From Octopus sinensis (lineage: Eukaryota), in assembly GCF_006345805.1 (NCBI RefSeq), contig NC_042999.1:133610001-133674000 (forward strand): a stretch of 64,000 nt of DNA, read 5' to 3'. Every line of letters begins with the position of its first letter. Positions within the stretch are counted from its first letter, which is position 1. The notes under the pieces were generated by a model, which was given only the letters and a program-made list of their open reading frames with translations, ran no database searches and was not told the DNA's origin. The position numbers and the translations under genes were made by a program. This document shows positions 25,574 to 39,959 of the stretch, piece after piece.

Positions 25574-26120
25574 GTAAGTGCAATGTGTCAAGTGGCTGTC
25601 TTGCATTTATATATTCACACTCAAGCTTACGGTTTCATATCGATATTTATACACACAGACACATGCACGCTTTATTTACATACACATACATACACACACA
25701 CCTACATATATATATATATACATATACATACATACATACATACATACATCTGTGTGTGTGCCTGTGTGTGTGTGTTTAAACATCCACTCACAATCGTACA
25801 TAAGCAGCCATGTATTCATGCAGACATACATACAGATAACACAATTATTACTCATATACACATACACTCGCATAGGCACACATATACACACAAACAGATA
25901 CACACACACACATATGCACACATACATATGCACGCACAAACACTTACATGCACATACGAACGTAGAAGGATTAGTTTCTCATTTATTAACAGACAGAATT
26001 GGTGAATAACTTTTCCTCACATGAAACATGACCCAAACCTTTAATCTGCACCGAAATAATCTATGTTGTGCTGATTGTTCTAGGTCACATATTATATTAT
26101 TACTATACTTATACTATTAT

Positions 26121-26420
26121 TCTTTCACTGGTTACAATCATTGGACTACGGCCATGCTGGGGCACCGCCTTGAGGAAGTTTTTAGTTGAATGAATCGACT
26201 CCAATGCTTATGCTTTTAAACCTGGTATTCATTTCATCAGTGTCCTTTGCCGAACCGCTATGTTACGGGTACGTAATCACTCGAAGACCAATTTTCAATT
26301 ATTTGGTTGACCTCGGCCCGAGGCTATAGCAGAAAATATTTGGTCAAGGCGCCGTCCAATGAAACTGAACCCGAATCCATATTGTTAGGAAACAATCTTA
26401 TTACCACACAGCTATGCCTG
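26121..26420 (-). mobile_element. SINE family B, diverged and internally deleted copy
   Basis: ggccatgctggggcaccgcc...gccgaaccgctatgttacggg...cggcccgaggctatagcagaa...ttaccacacagc. Confidence 0.8.
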
Positions 26421-26488
26421 CGCCTACATACATACGTACGTACATACATACATACATACATACATACATACATACATACATACATACA

Positions 26489-26520
<32 letters not shown>

Positions 26521-26885
26521 CTTAATGAACAAGTATGCAGTTACATACCACATGATTAATAAAGATATATTTAATTTCTCAGTAGACAAACGAACCTGAG
26601 GCTAAAAGGCAGTATTAAGAGTTTTATCCAACTGGTTTCCCTATTATCAAAGACTCATCAGTAAAATTGTTTAGTGAATATACGAATATCACTGTATACA
26701 CACTGGACATAACACACGTTACACTCTGTGCGAGCGAGAGAGAGAGTGTGTGTGTATGTGTGTGTGTGTATGTATGTGTGTGTGTATGTGTGTGTGTGTG
26801 TGCGTGAGCAAATACACTGTTGTTTAGCTTAAATGGGGGTATACGTTTCTTTTCTATCCGTGAGATTTTAAAGTCAGTTTCTAGG

Positions 26886-26917
<32 letters not shown>

Positions 26918-27298
26918 TGTTGGATGTGTGTGCGTGTTCGTGTGTGCACGTGCGCTTTCATACGTATTCGTACTACAAACTTATGTACTGCTATATTCCA
27001 ACTCTGAATCCATATTAGTCTATATATCTCATCAAGTAATAGAAGTAGTACTATAGGTGTGTCACCCTTCCACAATACTGCGACGCTAGATCCACCCGAG
27101 GCTACCCACTGGTGTAGGCAATGAATTTCCTACACAATAGCACGAAGTTAGAATTAGCCGTTGAGCCTTTGGTGCAGATGCATTTGTTACCTTCATCGCT
27201 GAAAGCATTTTGAACAGAATTTCTTCAATATTTTACAAGCAACATCCATCTTCTTTCTTGAGTCTGGAGTCAGATGTAGTGGCTTGCTCTTTCTACAG

Positions 27299-27732
27299 CA
27301 GTGTCTCCCAACCAGGGTCCATATAAAATTTTGTTTAATTATAAAAGTTTACAAAGTTCCCCTCCGAGGGACAAGTCCAGGCAAGGTTTTTTATGGAAGA
27401 CCAGCAGTCGCCCATGCATACCAGCCTCCCCTGTCCACGCCACCGACGTTATCCAAGAGAAAGACAAAGGCCAATACAGCTTGGCACCAGTGACGTCAGA
27501 ACTCATTTCTACAGCTGAGTGAACTAGAGCCACGTGAAATAAAGTGTCATGCTCAAGAACACAAAATACAGCTCGGTCTGGGAATCGAACTCACTACCTC
27601 ATAAGTGTAAACCCGACTAGGATCTTTACCCTTATAAGAATAAGATTTTAAAGCCGCAAATGGCTATGGGGGTCCATCGGTGTAAAATAAGAATCAGAGG
27701 GATCCATAAACAAAAATAGTTGAGAGTCACTG
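27299..27732. mobile_element. hAT MITE interrupted by a minus-strand tRNA-derived SINE (~27365-27610)
   Basis: TIRs cagtgtctcccaacc and agttgagagtcactg; the internal SINE has a reverse-complemented tRNA head (gggaatcgaactc). Confidence 0.7.
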
Positions 27733-28265
27733 CTCAAAAGCTTCAGACAATTTCCATGAATACTACTTTCTTTCCAATGCAGCTAGTTCAAGATTTCTGA
27801 GCACCATGTGAACACGAATTCTAATAAAGCTTCTGATATTTATCCTCGCAAGAATGCATGCTAATTCTCATCCATTATTTTCGCAGTGTTCAGTCACCTC
27901 CCCTCATCTACATTTTTTGTCAACTGCATTGACGATGTTCGCCTCCCAGGAGACTGTCACCTCTAACATTTTTGCCACTTTGCTTTCGTTGACACAACAG
28001 CCTACGGTTGGATGTTTTGGCGGTAAAAAGGGATAGTGATGCTTACTGTCATAATCAACTGAGATCGTTCAAGTCCCCAGCCATTCTGCAGGTTAGCAAC
28101 TGTGAAGTGCTTTCTAGCTTAGAGTTCACTTTCCCGGCAAACTTTTCTCAGTCTATTTTCCGCTGCTTGTGGTCTTTGGCTTTTATAAACACATACATAC
28201 ACATAAACATACATACACACATACGCACAGATGCATACATATGTGTGTGTATTTCTTTATATGTG

Positions 28266-28412
<147 letters not shown>

Positions 28413-28462
28413 CAAGAGAGACAGAGTCAGAGACAAACACACTGACAGATAGGCAGACAGAC

Positions 28463-28497
<35 letters not shown>

Positions 28498-30488
28498 AAT
28501 GTCATTTCCATGAAAAACAAAGAAATTGTATTGTTACCATATTCAATGCATGAGGCACTAAAGATTAAAAAGCTAATCAAAATAATTATGCAATAGGGAA
28601 TGCAATATTAATTAATGATGAATATATTAATCACTTACGCCAAGTAACAGGATCAATTCTGGACATACATATACATATGCATATGTTTAATTTTGTGTTT
28701 GTGTGATAAAAAAAAGTACCAGGTTTCGCATGATCAACTTATAGAACATCCTCAGACATTACTATACTTGTCAAGGTAGCGATGATATTAACACTGAATT
28801 GATGTATAATACTGTAAATCAGAAGGTGTGAAAATTAGTAGATTTGAGAGAATAAATTACTGAGGTTAATTACTCCAGGACAGGCACCTATCAAATATAT
28901 GAACACTATATATTACTCACCTAGCTTGCATTGACTGGAACAAAGTGAAAGGCGGTGTGAAGGAAACCAAAGTTTGTAATTGTGTCTTGCTATTTGGTTT
29001 CCATGTTTCTCTTTCATCCTTCTCTGGTTGATAAAATATGTGTTCACAGTGATAAGGCATGCGCGGCAACCAAAGACAAAAGAGAGAAGCAAAGAAAAAA
29101 GAACGTATTTCAGTATAGGTGTTTAAAATGTATCTGTCACGAGAAGTGTTATAGTTTAGAGGAGAAAATGTAAGCTAATCTGTACCAGTGAAGTAGTGAC
29201 GGTATTGTGCCAATGTGTTTTTCCGATTTATGCTTAAGTCAAGAGAGTAAAATAGAAAATGTTTTGTGTTATATGGTTATTTCCCTTTACGATGCGAGGT
29301 CAAATCCGGCCAAAATTGGCATCACGTACAATAAGTACGAGATGAAGTTATTCGATAAAACCTTTCCCTAACATGTAAGCCTTTGTGACACTAAAAACAA
29401 TGGTTCCTAATTTAGATACAAGGCCAGCAATTTTGAGGCTAGTGGCCCTAGTCGATATCGTCCACTGGAGTACTTGATAGTTATTGTTTAATTCTAGATA
29501 CCATGGAAGGATAGAAGGCATTAGTGCCCCGGCACCCAGACCTCAAGGCCTATACAGGCTTATGCAGCAGATCTAAAAGTGCCACCCAATGGGAGTGTCA
29601 TCTGGGACAGACCGCCTTCCCTACCTGTCACATTTAGGCCACTGAGGAATGGCAAAATTAACCCTGACAAGATTAAATACCAAATGCATTTCGTCCGAGA
29701 GCTAGCTGGTAGACTCGAATTTCTCATTAGACACAAGACTAACAATTTACACAGGGAGGTAGAATTAGTTGAGTAAATTGATTCCAGTACTTTACTAATA
29801 ATTTATTTTATCGTATACGTAATGATTAAACGTAAAGTGACGTAACTGGGATCTGAACTCTGAACATAAAAACTCGGAACAAATAACGCAAGGCATATTC
29901 TCGACGCTCTAACGACACTGCAAATCGTTCAGTTAGTTCATCAGTTCATAACCAAAGACAAAACAATTGTGTGTGTGTGTGTGTGTGTTATTGACAACAG
30001 TTTTTAGATATTTTGCTTTGTTTTTGTTTTATATTCTGTTGCAAACTCAGATGTGAAAGCATTGATGCTGAACTACTCCTATCAACCCTTTCAATTATAT
30101 TTTCTGTTTTAGTGGTCCTAAATAGATGGATGTGAACAACATTATGCAATAAAGTATAAACTACCACGCTTGAGGTGGAGATTCTCAAATTATGTTTTTT
30201 TTTAAGTAATGGAAATTATAATCCTAATGTGAAAAGTTATTCTCAGATGGGATTAGGGAGTGAAATAACAACAAATTATTGAAATTAAAATGAAGGACTA
30301 AATAAATAAAGAATTAAATAAATAGATAAATAAAGTAATTTAAACGGGGGCATATAGGGAAATGAGAGAGCCATTCTGGTCTTTGGTAACCATGATGAGA
30401 AATCCGGACACGTTTCGTCTATTTAACTTCCCTACAGAAGCAGAGACCACTGAATGACTGTCAAGACCTATGGAAGTTAATAGAAATA

Positions 30489-30527
<39 letters not shown>

Positions 30528-31369
30528 AACATTCGCCGATTAGGCAAATTAATGTAACGATCCACAAGGGTGTCTCCTGCATGAATAACATATAGTTAAG
30601 TGCAGGTTAGCAGCCATAAATAAGATTTTTCTAATTGAAATTGTAACGCTAATGAGATAAAAAGTCATCAGCGTTAATGAAAATTTATTCAGAAAGTGTT
30701 TAATAGTAAGGTTGCCTGACATTTCCAACCAGACAAAAATTAGATTTAGAGGGAAATATACCCAGTGAAAGAGCGAGGGAGTATGTTTATATTTGATGAG
30801 TGCCTTATGACAATTTCACTCGCATCTCGATTATATGAAACATTTTCATCTAAGCTTATTCTGCAGAATAGCTATGAACACCCATGGATGGTGGCCCGCA
30901 ATTAATAACATAATCTTGCAGAGAGTACGTTTGAGAATATTTCCAATGCCATTATTTTTAATTTTATTTTCACTGAACAATATGATATTCATACATAACC
31001 AAAAAGAAAACTATTCCTATTGAAAGTTCAGAAATTTTGGAAGCACCCAGTCGACTTTGTATCGCTGAATTTGTCCGGAGTGATCGTTATAGATAGCAAA
31101 AGTTCAACATCACTCATCTCCCATCATCATCATTGTCGTTGTTGTCATCATCATCATCATCATCATTGTCGTCATGCCTCTCTCTATTCCCCATTTTTTC
31201 ACACAGTTTCCAATGCAACACTTTTGCCACCTCATCGTGATACCACAACTGATATCGGTTTTAGGCAAGTCGACGGCATTCATTCTCAATATCGACAATC
31301 ATTTTTTTACAAATCCATTATAAATTCACCTCAATGGATACATTTGATAACTTAACTTAACATTTCTAA

Positions 31370-31710
31370 GTCTGGCCCTCCATTTTCTCGCCAAAGCTTG
31401 GTCTTGCGCTGCAAGTATATATTTCTTTAACTAGCCCCAACTATGTTCTCCAGCAATTTCAGTTGTGGCCACATGCAATTGATTATTTAGTCCCTTGTTG
31501 CATACTACTTCACTATATCCTTCATGTACTTCTTGTTTTGTTCTTTTCTAGTTTTCCTGCTTTCAATATGCCTTCATCTCTAACTACCACTATCAAGGTT
31601 TTCACATTTTGGCTTAGATATCTCAGTAAGTTCCCATGTTCAATATACACGCAGTCTTCCACACTTATCAGTCCCCTTCCTCCAATTCCTCTCTTCGTGT
31701 TTAGACGATC
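31370..31710 (-). mobile_element. R4/Dong-like (RLE-clade) non-LTR retrotransposon fragment
   Basis: Minus frames read DRLNTKRGIGGRGLISVEDCV and ILAAQDQAL, post-RT motifs of this clade. Confidence 0.8.
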
Positions 31711-31728
31711 ATTTTTGTTGTTATCATA

Positions 31729-31774
<46 letters not shown>

Positions 31775-32431
31775 TGCTGTTGTTGTTGTTCATCTCTGTA
31801 AAGTGCTGACTGAGCTATGAAACTATATACCGTTATGTGCAGTAGTTTGTATGATGATGGATTGTTGAACTGTATGAATTGAAGACGGCAATGTAAGATA
31901 ATTCAAGCGGAGAAAATTGTCTTTGTACATCTGCAACAGAAACAAGCAGTAATCTGTCATATCAGCAATAATTTGATAGTTTACGGAAAGTATAACTGCA
32001 TAGGTTTTTATTACTGTTTTTATGAAGTAGTACGGAGAAGAGTGGTGAGTGGCAGAATTAGTTGATTACTGAACTGACTTCTTGCTTTATTTAGTTACAT
32101 CATTCTACGTTCTGAGTTCAAATTCCCTGAGATCAACATCGTCATGTTTCATTCTGGTTGTGATAAATTAAGTAGAAGTAATTCACAGTCAATGAGGCTT
32201 TCAATGGAGTATTTGCTCTAAGTATGATACACAGATTACCATTTTAAACTAGTACTGATTCTACCACATATAACGAATTTTTATTGTAACATCAGTGATT
32301 TTTCAGTAACTGTTTTTCTATATCAGTAGCAGCGGATTTTGTCTCAGCATGCGATTCCCAGCAAATACTTGCTACTGAAAAAACTCAAAGAGATAGAAAT
32401 GCGCATTTAGCCATGCTACCACCGTTGCTGG

Positions 32432-32672
32432 TGGAGGCGCGTGGCTTAGTGGTTAGGGTGTCAGCATCATGATCGTAAGATTGTGGTTTCGATTCCTGAA
32501 CCGGGCGACGCGTTGTGTTCTTGAGCAAAACACTTCATTTCACGTTGTTCCAGTCCACTCAGCTGGCAAAAATGATTAACGCTGCGATGGACTGGGGAAC
32601 ACATACGCCATTGAAACCGGGAAACCGGGCCCATGAACCTGGCTAGGCTTTAAAAGGGCGCATTTATTTTTT
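32432..32672 (+). mobile_element. tRNA-derived SINE with a perfect 15-bp TSD
   Basis: Head ggaggcgcgtggcttagtggttaggg..gtttcgattcc; TSD taccaccgttgctgg at 32417-32431 and 32673-32687. Confidence 0.92.
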
Positions 32673-33199
32673 TACCACCGTTGCTGGAGGATTTTCGTCT
32701 TCTTTTGATATATATATTTGTGTTTTTAAGCACAATGCATCTATAAGCGTTACTATCTCAGAACGACTTCTGTAGGTAGGCTCTCAATGGTTTATCTGCT
32801 TTAAATGTTGTCCACAGGCTGCTATACATTTTATAGTTTTCACCAAAGACATAAATTACGATCAGTGTAATCATAAAATCGGATGGCAGTGCCCGCAGGG
32901 GTTTAGAAAAACCATACCGTTACATGCAAATGATGCTGGGTTCATATTTATCTTTCAGTTTCCCGGTTTGGATAAACTTAAATATTGTTGAAATATTCCG
33001 GTCAGTTTAATAGAATATACCTTATGTCAAAATGCGCAGCTTTGTACTTCATTATATTCACTCACTGTTCCTATCTACTTTTAACGCATTTTAACGCATA
33101 AGAGGGCGCTACAACGTGCAATTAAGTATAGTGAGTGTGTCATCATCTGATGTTTTTTGTAGTTCGTATTTGTGCAGAGTAGGCAGAGAGGACGGCTGT

Positions 33200-33815
33200 T
33201 TTTGAAATGGCTATTACTCAGCCCCAGTGGGAGAGACATATGTCCGACAGCTACCATTCGGTCCGTGGTGTCTTAGCATCGCGTGTTTGCCTGCGACAGT
33301 TGAGTGAAGAATAACGAGTCTGTCACAACTGCTCAGCGTGAGCTTTGGCATCACTTCAACATTCACCGAAATCAGGCTGTTACGTTGGATGAATGCACTT
33401 CGTACACGAGGTACACTAATGAATAGGAGACTGGTAGGGGACGCCACGAACGGTACTGACCCCGGAAAATGTGGAACGTGTCAGACAAGCTTAGATACGG
33501 AGTCCGAATCTCTCTGCTCGGGGGCATTGCACTAAATTTGGCACCGGTAATCGATCGGTAAGGCGTATTTTGCATGAAGACCTGTATTTCCACCCGTACA
33601 AATTGGCCATTGGGCAAACATTTGAAACCATAGACTATGCACAGCGATTTAACTTTGCACGTCAGATGAAAGCAATTTTTGAGGCAAATGACGACCTCAT
33701 TTTGTTAATGAGTGATGAAGCTCATTTTCATCTCAATGGCATGGTGAATCAACAGGACTATCGTTATTGGACTCTTGAAAATCTGAGAGAACTGTACGAA
33801 AGTTTTACAGATTCT
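33200..33815 (+). mobile_element. Decayed Tc1/mariner-superfamily transposase (N-terminal HTH plus first catalytic Asp region)
   Basis: SVTTAQRELWHHFNIHRN, PRTVLTPENVERV, HPYKL, ILLMSDEAHFHLNGMVNQQDYRYW..EN; truncated downstream. Confidence 0.88.
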
Positions 33816-34409
33816 TACAGCTCCAGTGAAGGATTGGATCTGTAGTCTTCGAATCAGCTATGCATGTTTGTATGTAGAGGGTCAACATTGACAGACAGAG
33901 CCCCCTACATGTATGTATATATACAATTGATGCTCACAAGTATATACTTCTCACAGACATATCAGTCTAAGTAATACACAAATGCATAGTTTACATTCAA
34001 CAGCAGTCCCACAGCAACAAACTATTTGAAAATTAGTTGTGTGTATTACCACAGTAATTAGCACAAATCATAATTAAAGCATAATTGAATGGGCTTACTG
34101 TATGTCATGGTTCCATCTTATGTTAGCTACCAGGGTGTATATATCCGGATAATTTTCAAAAAGTGTCACCTTTTGGCGCCTGCTGTCGAAAATAACATAT
34201 GCATGTATATTACTTATGCGAATTCTATGTCCAATAAATAAAGTGAAAGCGAATCTGTAATGTACTCGTAAAAAGAAAATATTGATATATTTACTTTGTG
34301 GTTATATTACAGTGCAAAAATAAACGATATTTCTTGTACGCATCTGTTTGCGAGAAACTTAAGTTACGTCTTATAAGACATAATATATGCATGCGTGTTT
34401 GCATGCATT

Positions 34410-34755
<346 letters not shown>

Positions 34756-35940
34756 TAGAAAAGTATTTTGATATAAGTATGCACATATGTATGAATACCT
34801 AAATTTATATTTACACATAAGGGCAACCCATCCACAACGAAGTTAGAAGCCGTCACCTAGATTACATCCTAGTACCTTAAACTCTCGAATAGTTTCCACT
34901 GGTACTGGAAATTGGTATTTCTGAATATATACATGAATATATTTCCTGTCCCAGTAGTTAAGAATCCTCCGATGTTCCCTTGTAGCAGCGCCTCAGATGT
35001 TCATAGACCCCGCTAGAGTGCTTTGTGCTGACGATCTTTCATTCTAAGTAACAAAAAACTGATTCTATATATTTTCCTCAGCTAGAGTACCGCTCCTCTC
35101 TTCCTCCATTTCTTTGTAAAACGGATCTATCAACCTCTAGTTTGTTAAATCAAACAATCGTAAACCTCATGCACTTGCACTAGGAAGTGTGCTTGGCTTT
35201 ATGTGTGGAGTTTTTCTTTTTCTTCTTCCGGGCCCTTCTTATTATTTTACATGCTTCTACTGTTTCAACTTTCTTCCATCGTCACAGGACGACGGAGTAG
35301 CGTTATTGATTATCTTCTTTGGCCAGCTCTATATTCAATATGTAAGCCTCTCAACTTTCTGGATGTTGAGCACTGCACCGAGGAAGAAAAACCTTGTTTG
35401 CTCATACGCGGAGCCATGTTCTGTTGGATATTGAGGCAGCTTACGGGGTCTACTGTTGTTGCTGTTTTTGTTGATGATGATGACATCTTTGTTGTAATGC
35501 GCCTTCTGTCTTCTGTTTTTCAAAGAAAGGCATGGTTGATCCGCGAAATAAATGAACTTAGAGCATAAAGGGGCATGACTAAATACTGGAAGGTATTTTA
35601 TAAGGCACTCTGTCTTTTTCTAAAAGAAACAGAAAGCAAGTAATATGTCAGTTCGTAGGAAGTTGTCAGTCAAAGAACAGTGTGGATGTCTGCAGAATTC
35701 ATCAAAAATAAATAAATATATATGCGTATGCGCGTGTGTATGTGTGTTTGCGTATATACATATTCATATCCATATATATATATATATACATACATACATA
35801 TATAGATACATATATATATATATATATATATAGATAGATAGATAGATAGATAGATGATACATACATACATACATATATATATATATATACATACATATAT
35901 ATATACACACACATGCAAGTACACCTATATACCCATGTAC

Positions 35941-35971
<31 letters not shown>

Positions 35972-37069
35972 CATACATACATACATACGTATACATACAT
36001 ACATACATACATAAACCTAACAAAATCCTAACAAAAAAGTCATTGGAAACACAGTCTCTCCGCATGTGTTATGTTTCTACTACCAGAACTAACATTGCAT
36101 TTAATCTCGTCTCACTAATCCCTGGTGTGTTTTTTTTTATTTACCAGAACACACACTCAACCACATGTAAATATATACTTTTCGTTCTTATTATCTGTAT
36201 AAAATGTCTTTGGGGAATTTCTAAATCATTTAACATTCAGATAAATCACACGAAGGTAAAACCTTTACAACATATATATATTTGTTTCTTTTAAGTCTTG
36301 TCTTTTTCTTGTTATTTTTCTTCGGTTCCTTGATGTCTCCCTTTTAAAACATTAAAGGGGTCGTTTGCTTTGTGGTTTCTGAAGAGTAAAGAAACATACT
36401 GACATCAATGATTCCACTGAGGGTTCACAGCTCGACTACAACTTAACAGCTGCGTTTCTTTCATTCTTCAATGTTATTCTATATTTTAAGTTGCTACGGG
36501 TGATTTCAGCACAACTATAGTCAGGCCTTAAGACTTTACCTCAGTCAGATTATGACCTCGGGCACGAACTGTGGATGGTTACACATTAACTATGAGAGAG
36601 AGGTGGGGGGGGGGAGAATACAGGTGAATACATTAAGAGATGACAGCATATGGTGATTTCAAAACTATTCCCAAGCTAAATTAGACAGAAACCACGGGGT
36701 GAAAAGAGGTGTGGAAGAAAATGAGATTACTTTAGAATTAGATCGTAGACTTAGTAAACATGTTTAAATCATTGCCTCATTTAAGGTTTTAAAAAAATAA
36801 TAAAAGGTTTATTGTTGTTTATTTCTGAGAGGGTAATATGTACTTGTCCCTTGACGGCGATTATCGGTTCACAACAAAAGATATTCTGTACAGGAGGTTT
36901 GGTATTCGACTGTTTTATAACAGCTGTCGGCATATCAAAGAGCTCTTCTCTTAAGAGACTGCCAAATACTTACGGACAGGAAATCTTACAGGGAATAACA
37001 GAGAAGCAAAAACGCAGACATGCTTATATACACATATACATACATATGGATATAGATACATAGATACCT

Positions 37070-37110
<41 letters not shown>

Positions 37111-37486
37111 CACATGTACACATTAATATACGCACATGCGTACTTATGCGGATACAGATCTGTGAACGTGTGTGTGTGTGTGCGTGTATGTGTGTGTGTG
37201 TGTTTATTTAAATGTATATAGAAATGTATACACAGAAAACAGGCATACATAAACGTTCTTAACATTTATTTAAAGTTTGCTTTTGTAACTAAACGCTGGT
37301 CGCTAATAAAATGACAAAGCTCTTGTTGTTCGAGTAGGCTGTTTCAGACATTGTGTTGATGTGGGAGGAAATGTAGAGACGAAATGCATTCATGTATGTA
37401 AGTAGTTGTGTATGGATGTGTATCTCTGTGAGAACATATGTATGCATCCGTGTATGTGCATGTATGTATGTGTAATGTATGTATAT

Positions 37487-37518
<32 letters not shown>

Positions 37519-37787
37519 GTGTGTGTGTGTGTGTGGTGTGTGTGTGTGTGTGTGTATGGATGTATAAATGTGTTCATGGTGATACGTATGGGCATGTACG
37601 TATGTAGGATATGTATATATTTATTTATGAATACATTATATGTATATGTAAATAGACTACAATTCAATATGCAGTGAGTATAATATATATTCATATGTGA
37701 ACATATGTGAACATATGCGCTTGAGTTTGATCTTCTGTGTCTGCTTTCCGTTCATTTGTTTATTACTATACGTGTTTTGACGCCTGA

Positions 37788-37842
<55 letters not shown>

Positions 37843-38476
37843 TGTGTACACGTACATACATTCAAAAGTACCCCGTTGTTGATATGGAAATTCCAATGAA
37901 GGAGGCTTGGATCTAGGTTAGAAACCGGTTCTTTATTGGAAATAAATCTTGAAATAAACTGAATAATGACATACATGCATACATACATACATACATGGTG
38001 GATGCCCCCTTGTTATCGAGTATCGCCATTGCACGAGGCTTAATCAATGTTGTTATCGTGCAATGCCTGTGCAAGAAGATATTTTTTTAAGTGAGGAAAG
38101 GCTGTGCACTGAGTCAATCCCACTCACTAAGCAACAGCAGCCATAATCCGAAAAGAAGAACAAGTCAACATCATCGGTAACCACTGAGCCTCAGGTTTAT
38201 GTCGAAGTTATCCCAGTTACCTGAGTTGGCTTCTCCTAGAAGGATGCCCTGACAAAGGCTAGGAGTCCTTCACTCCCAATGGTTTAACTGCGCAATCGGG
38301 TATTCAATCCGATTATTTCTATGTCCCCGCGCATGATACAGCTTTAAGACATTTATTGGATGGCCGTTGACTCTCAAGAGTTCCTCCGCCCTTTGACGGG
38401 TTTTGTTTTTCATCCCGCAGGGTGACCAATAAACACCCTCCTCACCAAGCAAGCTTGGTGGGGTTGCTGGAAAGAC

Positions 38477-38757
38477 GGATCTTTACCTTTTGACCTACAG
38501 AGTTTAAAAAATTTTTTTTTATAACTAAGCACTTTCAAACTTCGGACACTGGTAAAATGTGTCATATAAAACATATTTTACTCTTAGCATTTTTGAGAAA
38601 AACTTAAGTTTACGAAGTTATTTCTAGTTAAAATTGTAGTGTTTCGGTAATTTCAATCAATCAATGACGTGTATTCAGCTGAATAAAATTACTGCTGTTG
38701 TTTGTCAACAAAAACTTCCGGCGGTCAAAAGGTCTGTAGATCAAAAGGTCAAAATCC
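38477..38757. mobile_element. MITE with ~25-bp TIRs
   Basis: ggatctttaccttttgacctacaga versus tctgtagatcaaaaggtcaaaatcc. Confidence 0.75.
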
Positions 38758-39959
38758 CATAAAGCCATTTAAATTTCTTTTAATGTTTATTTCAACTTTT
38801 CTTCAAACGTATTTTCACAGCGAGTTATTTAGGCTCAGGAGGGTCCAGATCCAACAATAATATAGCCTTTACCATCCTACCGTTTCTTTTCACAGAGGTT
38901 ATTTACAACTAGGACCTCATTAATTGTATCCTAATTTTTTCAAGATGGTATCATAAAATTAAGGATTTGAACATAGATCTACATATATGGGCTTTTCCTT
39001 TTGGTTTCATTGAAAAATTCCTTTGGGGGCTTGTTTATAGTACATCCTGCAGCGTTGTGTGACGTACTTTTCAGTGAGAAACAAACTATAATCGGTACTA
39101 CTTTAGCGTAGTCTACCTGGCTATTTACACCTAAGAGTACAGCCTAACCCTAATTTTAAACCTAAAACTAAGACCTAAACATAATCCCAATCCTAAAACC
39201 CAACTGTAGTCCTAACCCTGATCAGGTCATTTGACAACGCGGACTTCAGATACAGCAGTTGAGTGCAAGGTAAAATAACACCGTATAGGCATTCACACAC
39301 ACACCTAATACTTGTATATGCACATGTGTGTGTCTGTGTGTATCTGTGCGTGCGTGTGTCTGTGTGTATCTGTGTATCTGTGCATGTGTGTGTGTGTGTG
39401 TTCGTGTAAATTCATATTTAACAAATTCGAGTTCACTCAGACGTAGAAAAATCTTTCGCTGCGGAATTAATCTCGGGAGAAAATTTTGCTCTTGGATGAC
39501 ATTTGTAAAACACATTAAGCTATGAATAATGTAATAAGATTGGAGAAAGCATGTGTTTCTGCGTTGTTGTGTGCCATCAGCTACGAACACCAAATAAGCC
39601 TTTCACAACCAAGAAAGGACATTTTCTTGTATTAGAACAGCAAACAATATATTGTTTGACACGCGCAATGCTTCGTGACTCTAGAATTAGTTAACTTAAG
39701 TCGTGCGACGTGCGTTGATTAAATTGTGTTCTTATATAGTAATAATAAACACATTATCGTACGCTCGGATGGGAGACGGATGTGCGACTTGATGTAATAA
39801 ATTCTAGCTTCGTAAAGTGGAGAACGAACACATTAGTGGCACTAGTCTTCATATCGAACTAACCATATTTGATACTGGGTTACAATTGAGATAGTAATGA
39901 CTAGCATATATGGTCATGCAGCCTTATACAGGTTATGGGGGTCACATACTCTACCTTTG

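Noticed and set aside
29540-29776. ORF ending ..RELAGRLEFLIRHK.., weakly similar to a LINE RT C-terminal region
   Set aside because: The similarity is too slight to annotate; no RT core motif is visible.
36812-37063. Segment with open frames on both strands (e.g. minus LLREELFDMPTAVIKQ...)
   Set aside because: The splice signals are weak or conflicting and no domain is recognisable; it cannot be supported as coding.
39130-39225. CCTAACCC words suggesting interstitial telomeric repeat
   Set aside because: There are only scattered degenerate units, not a (TTAGGG)n array.
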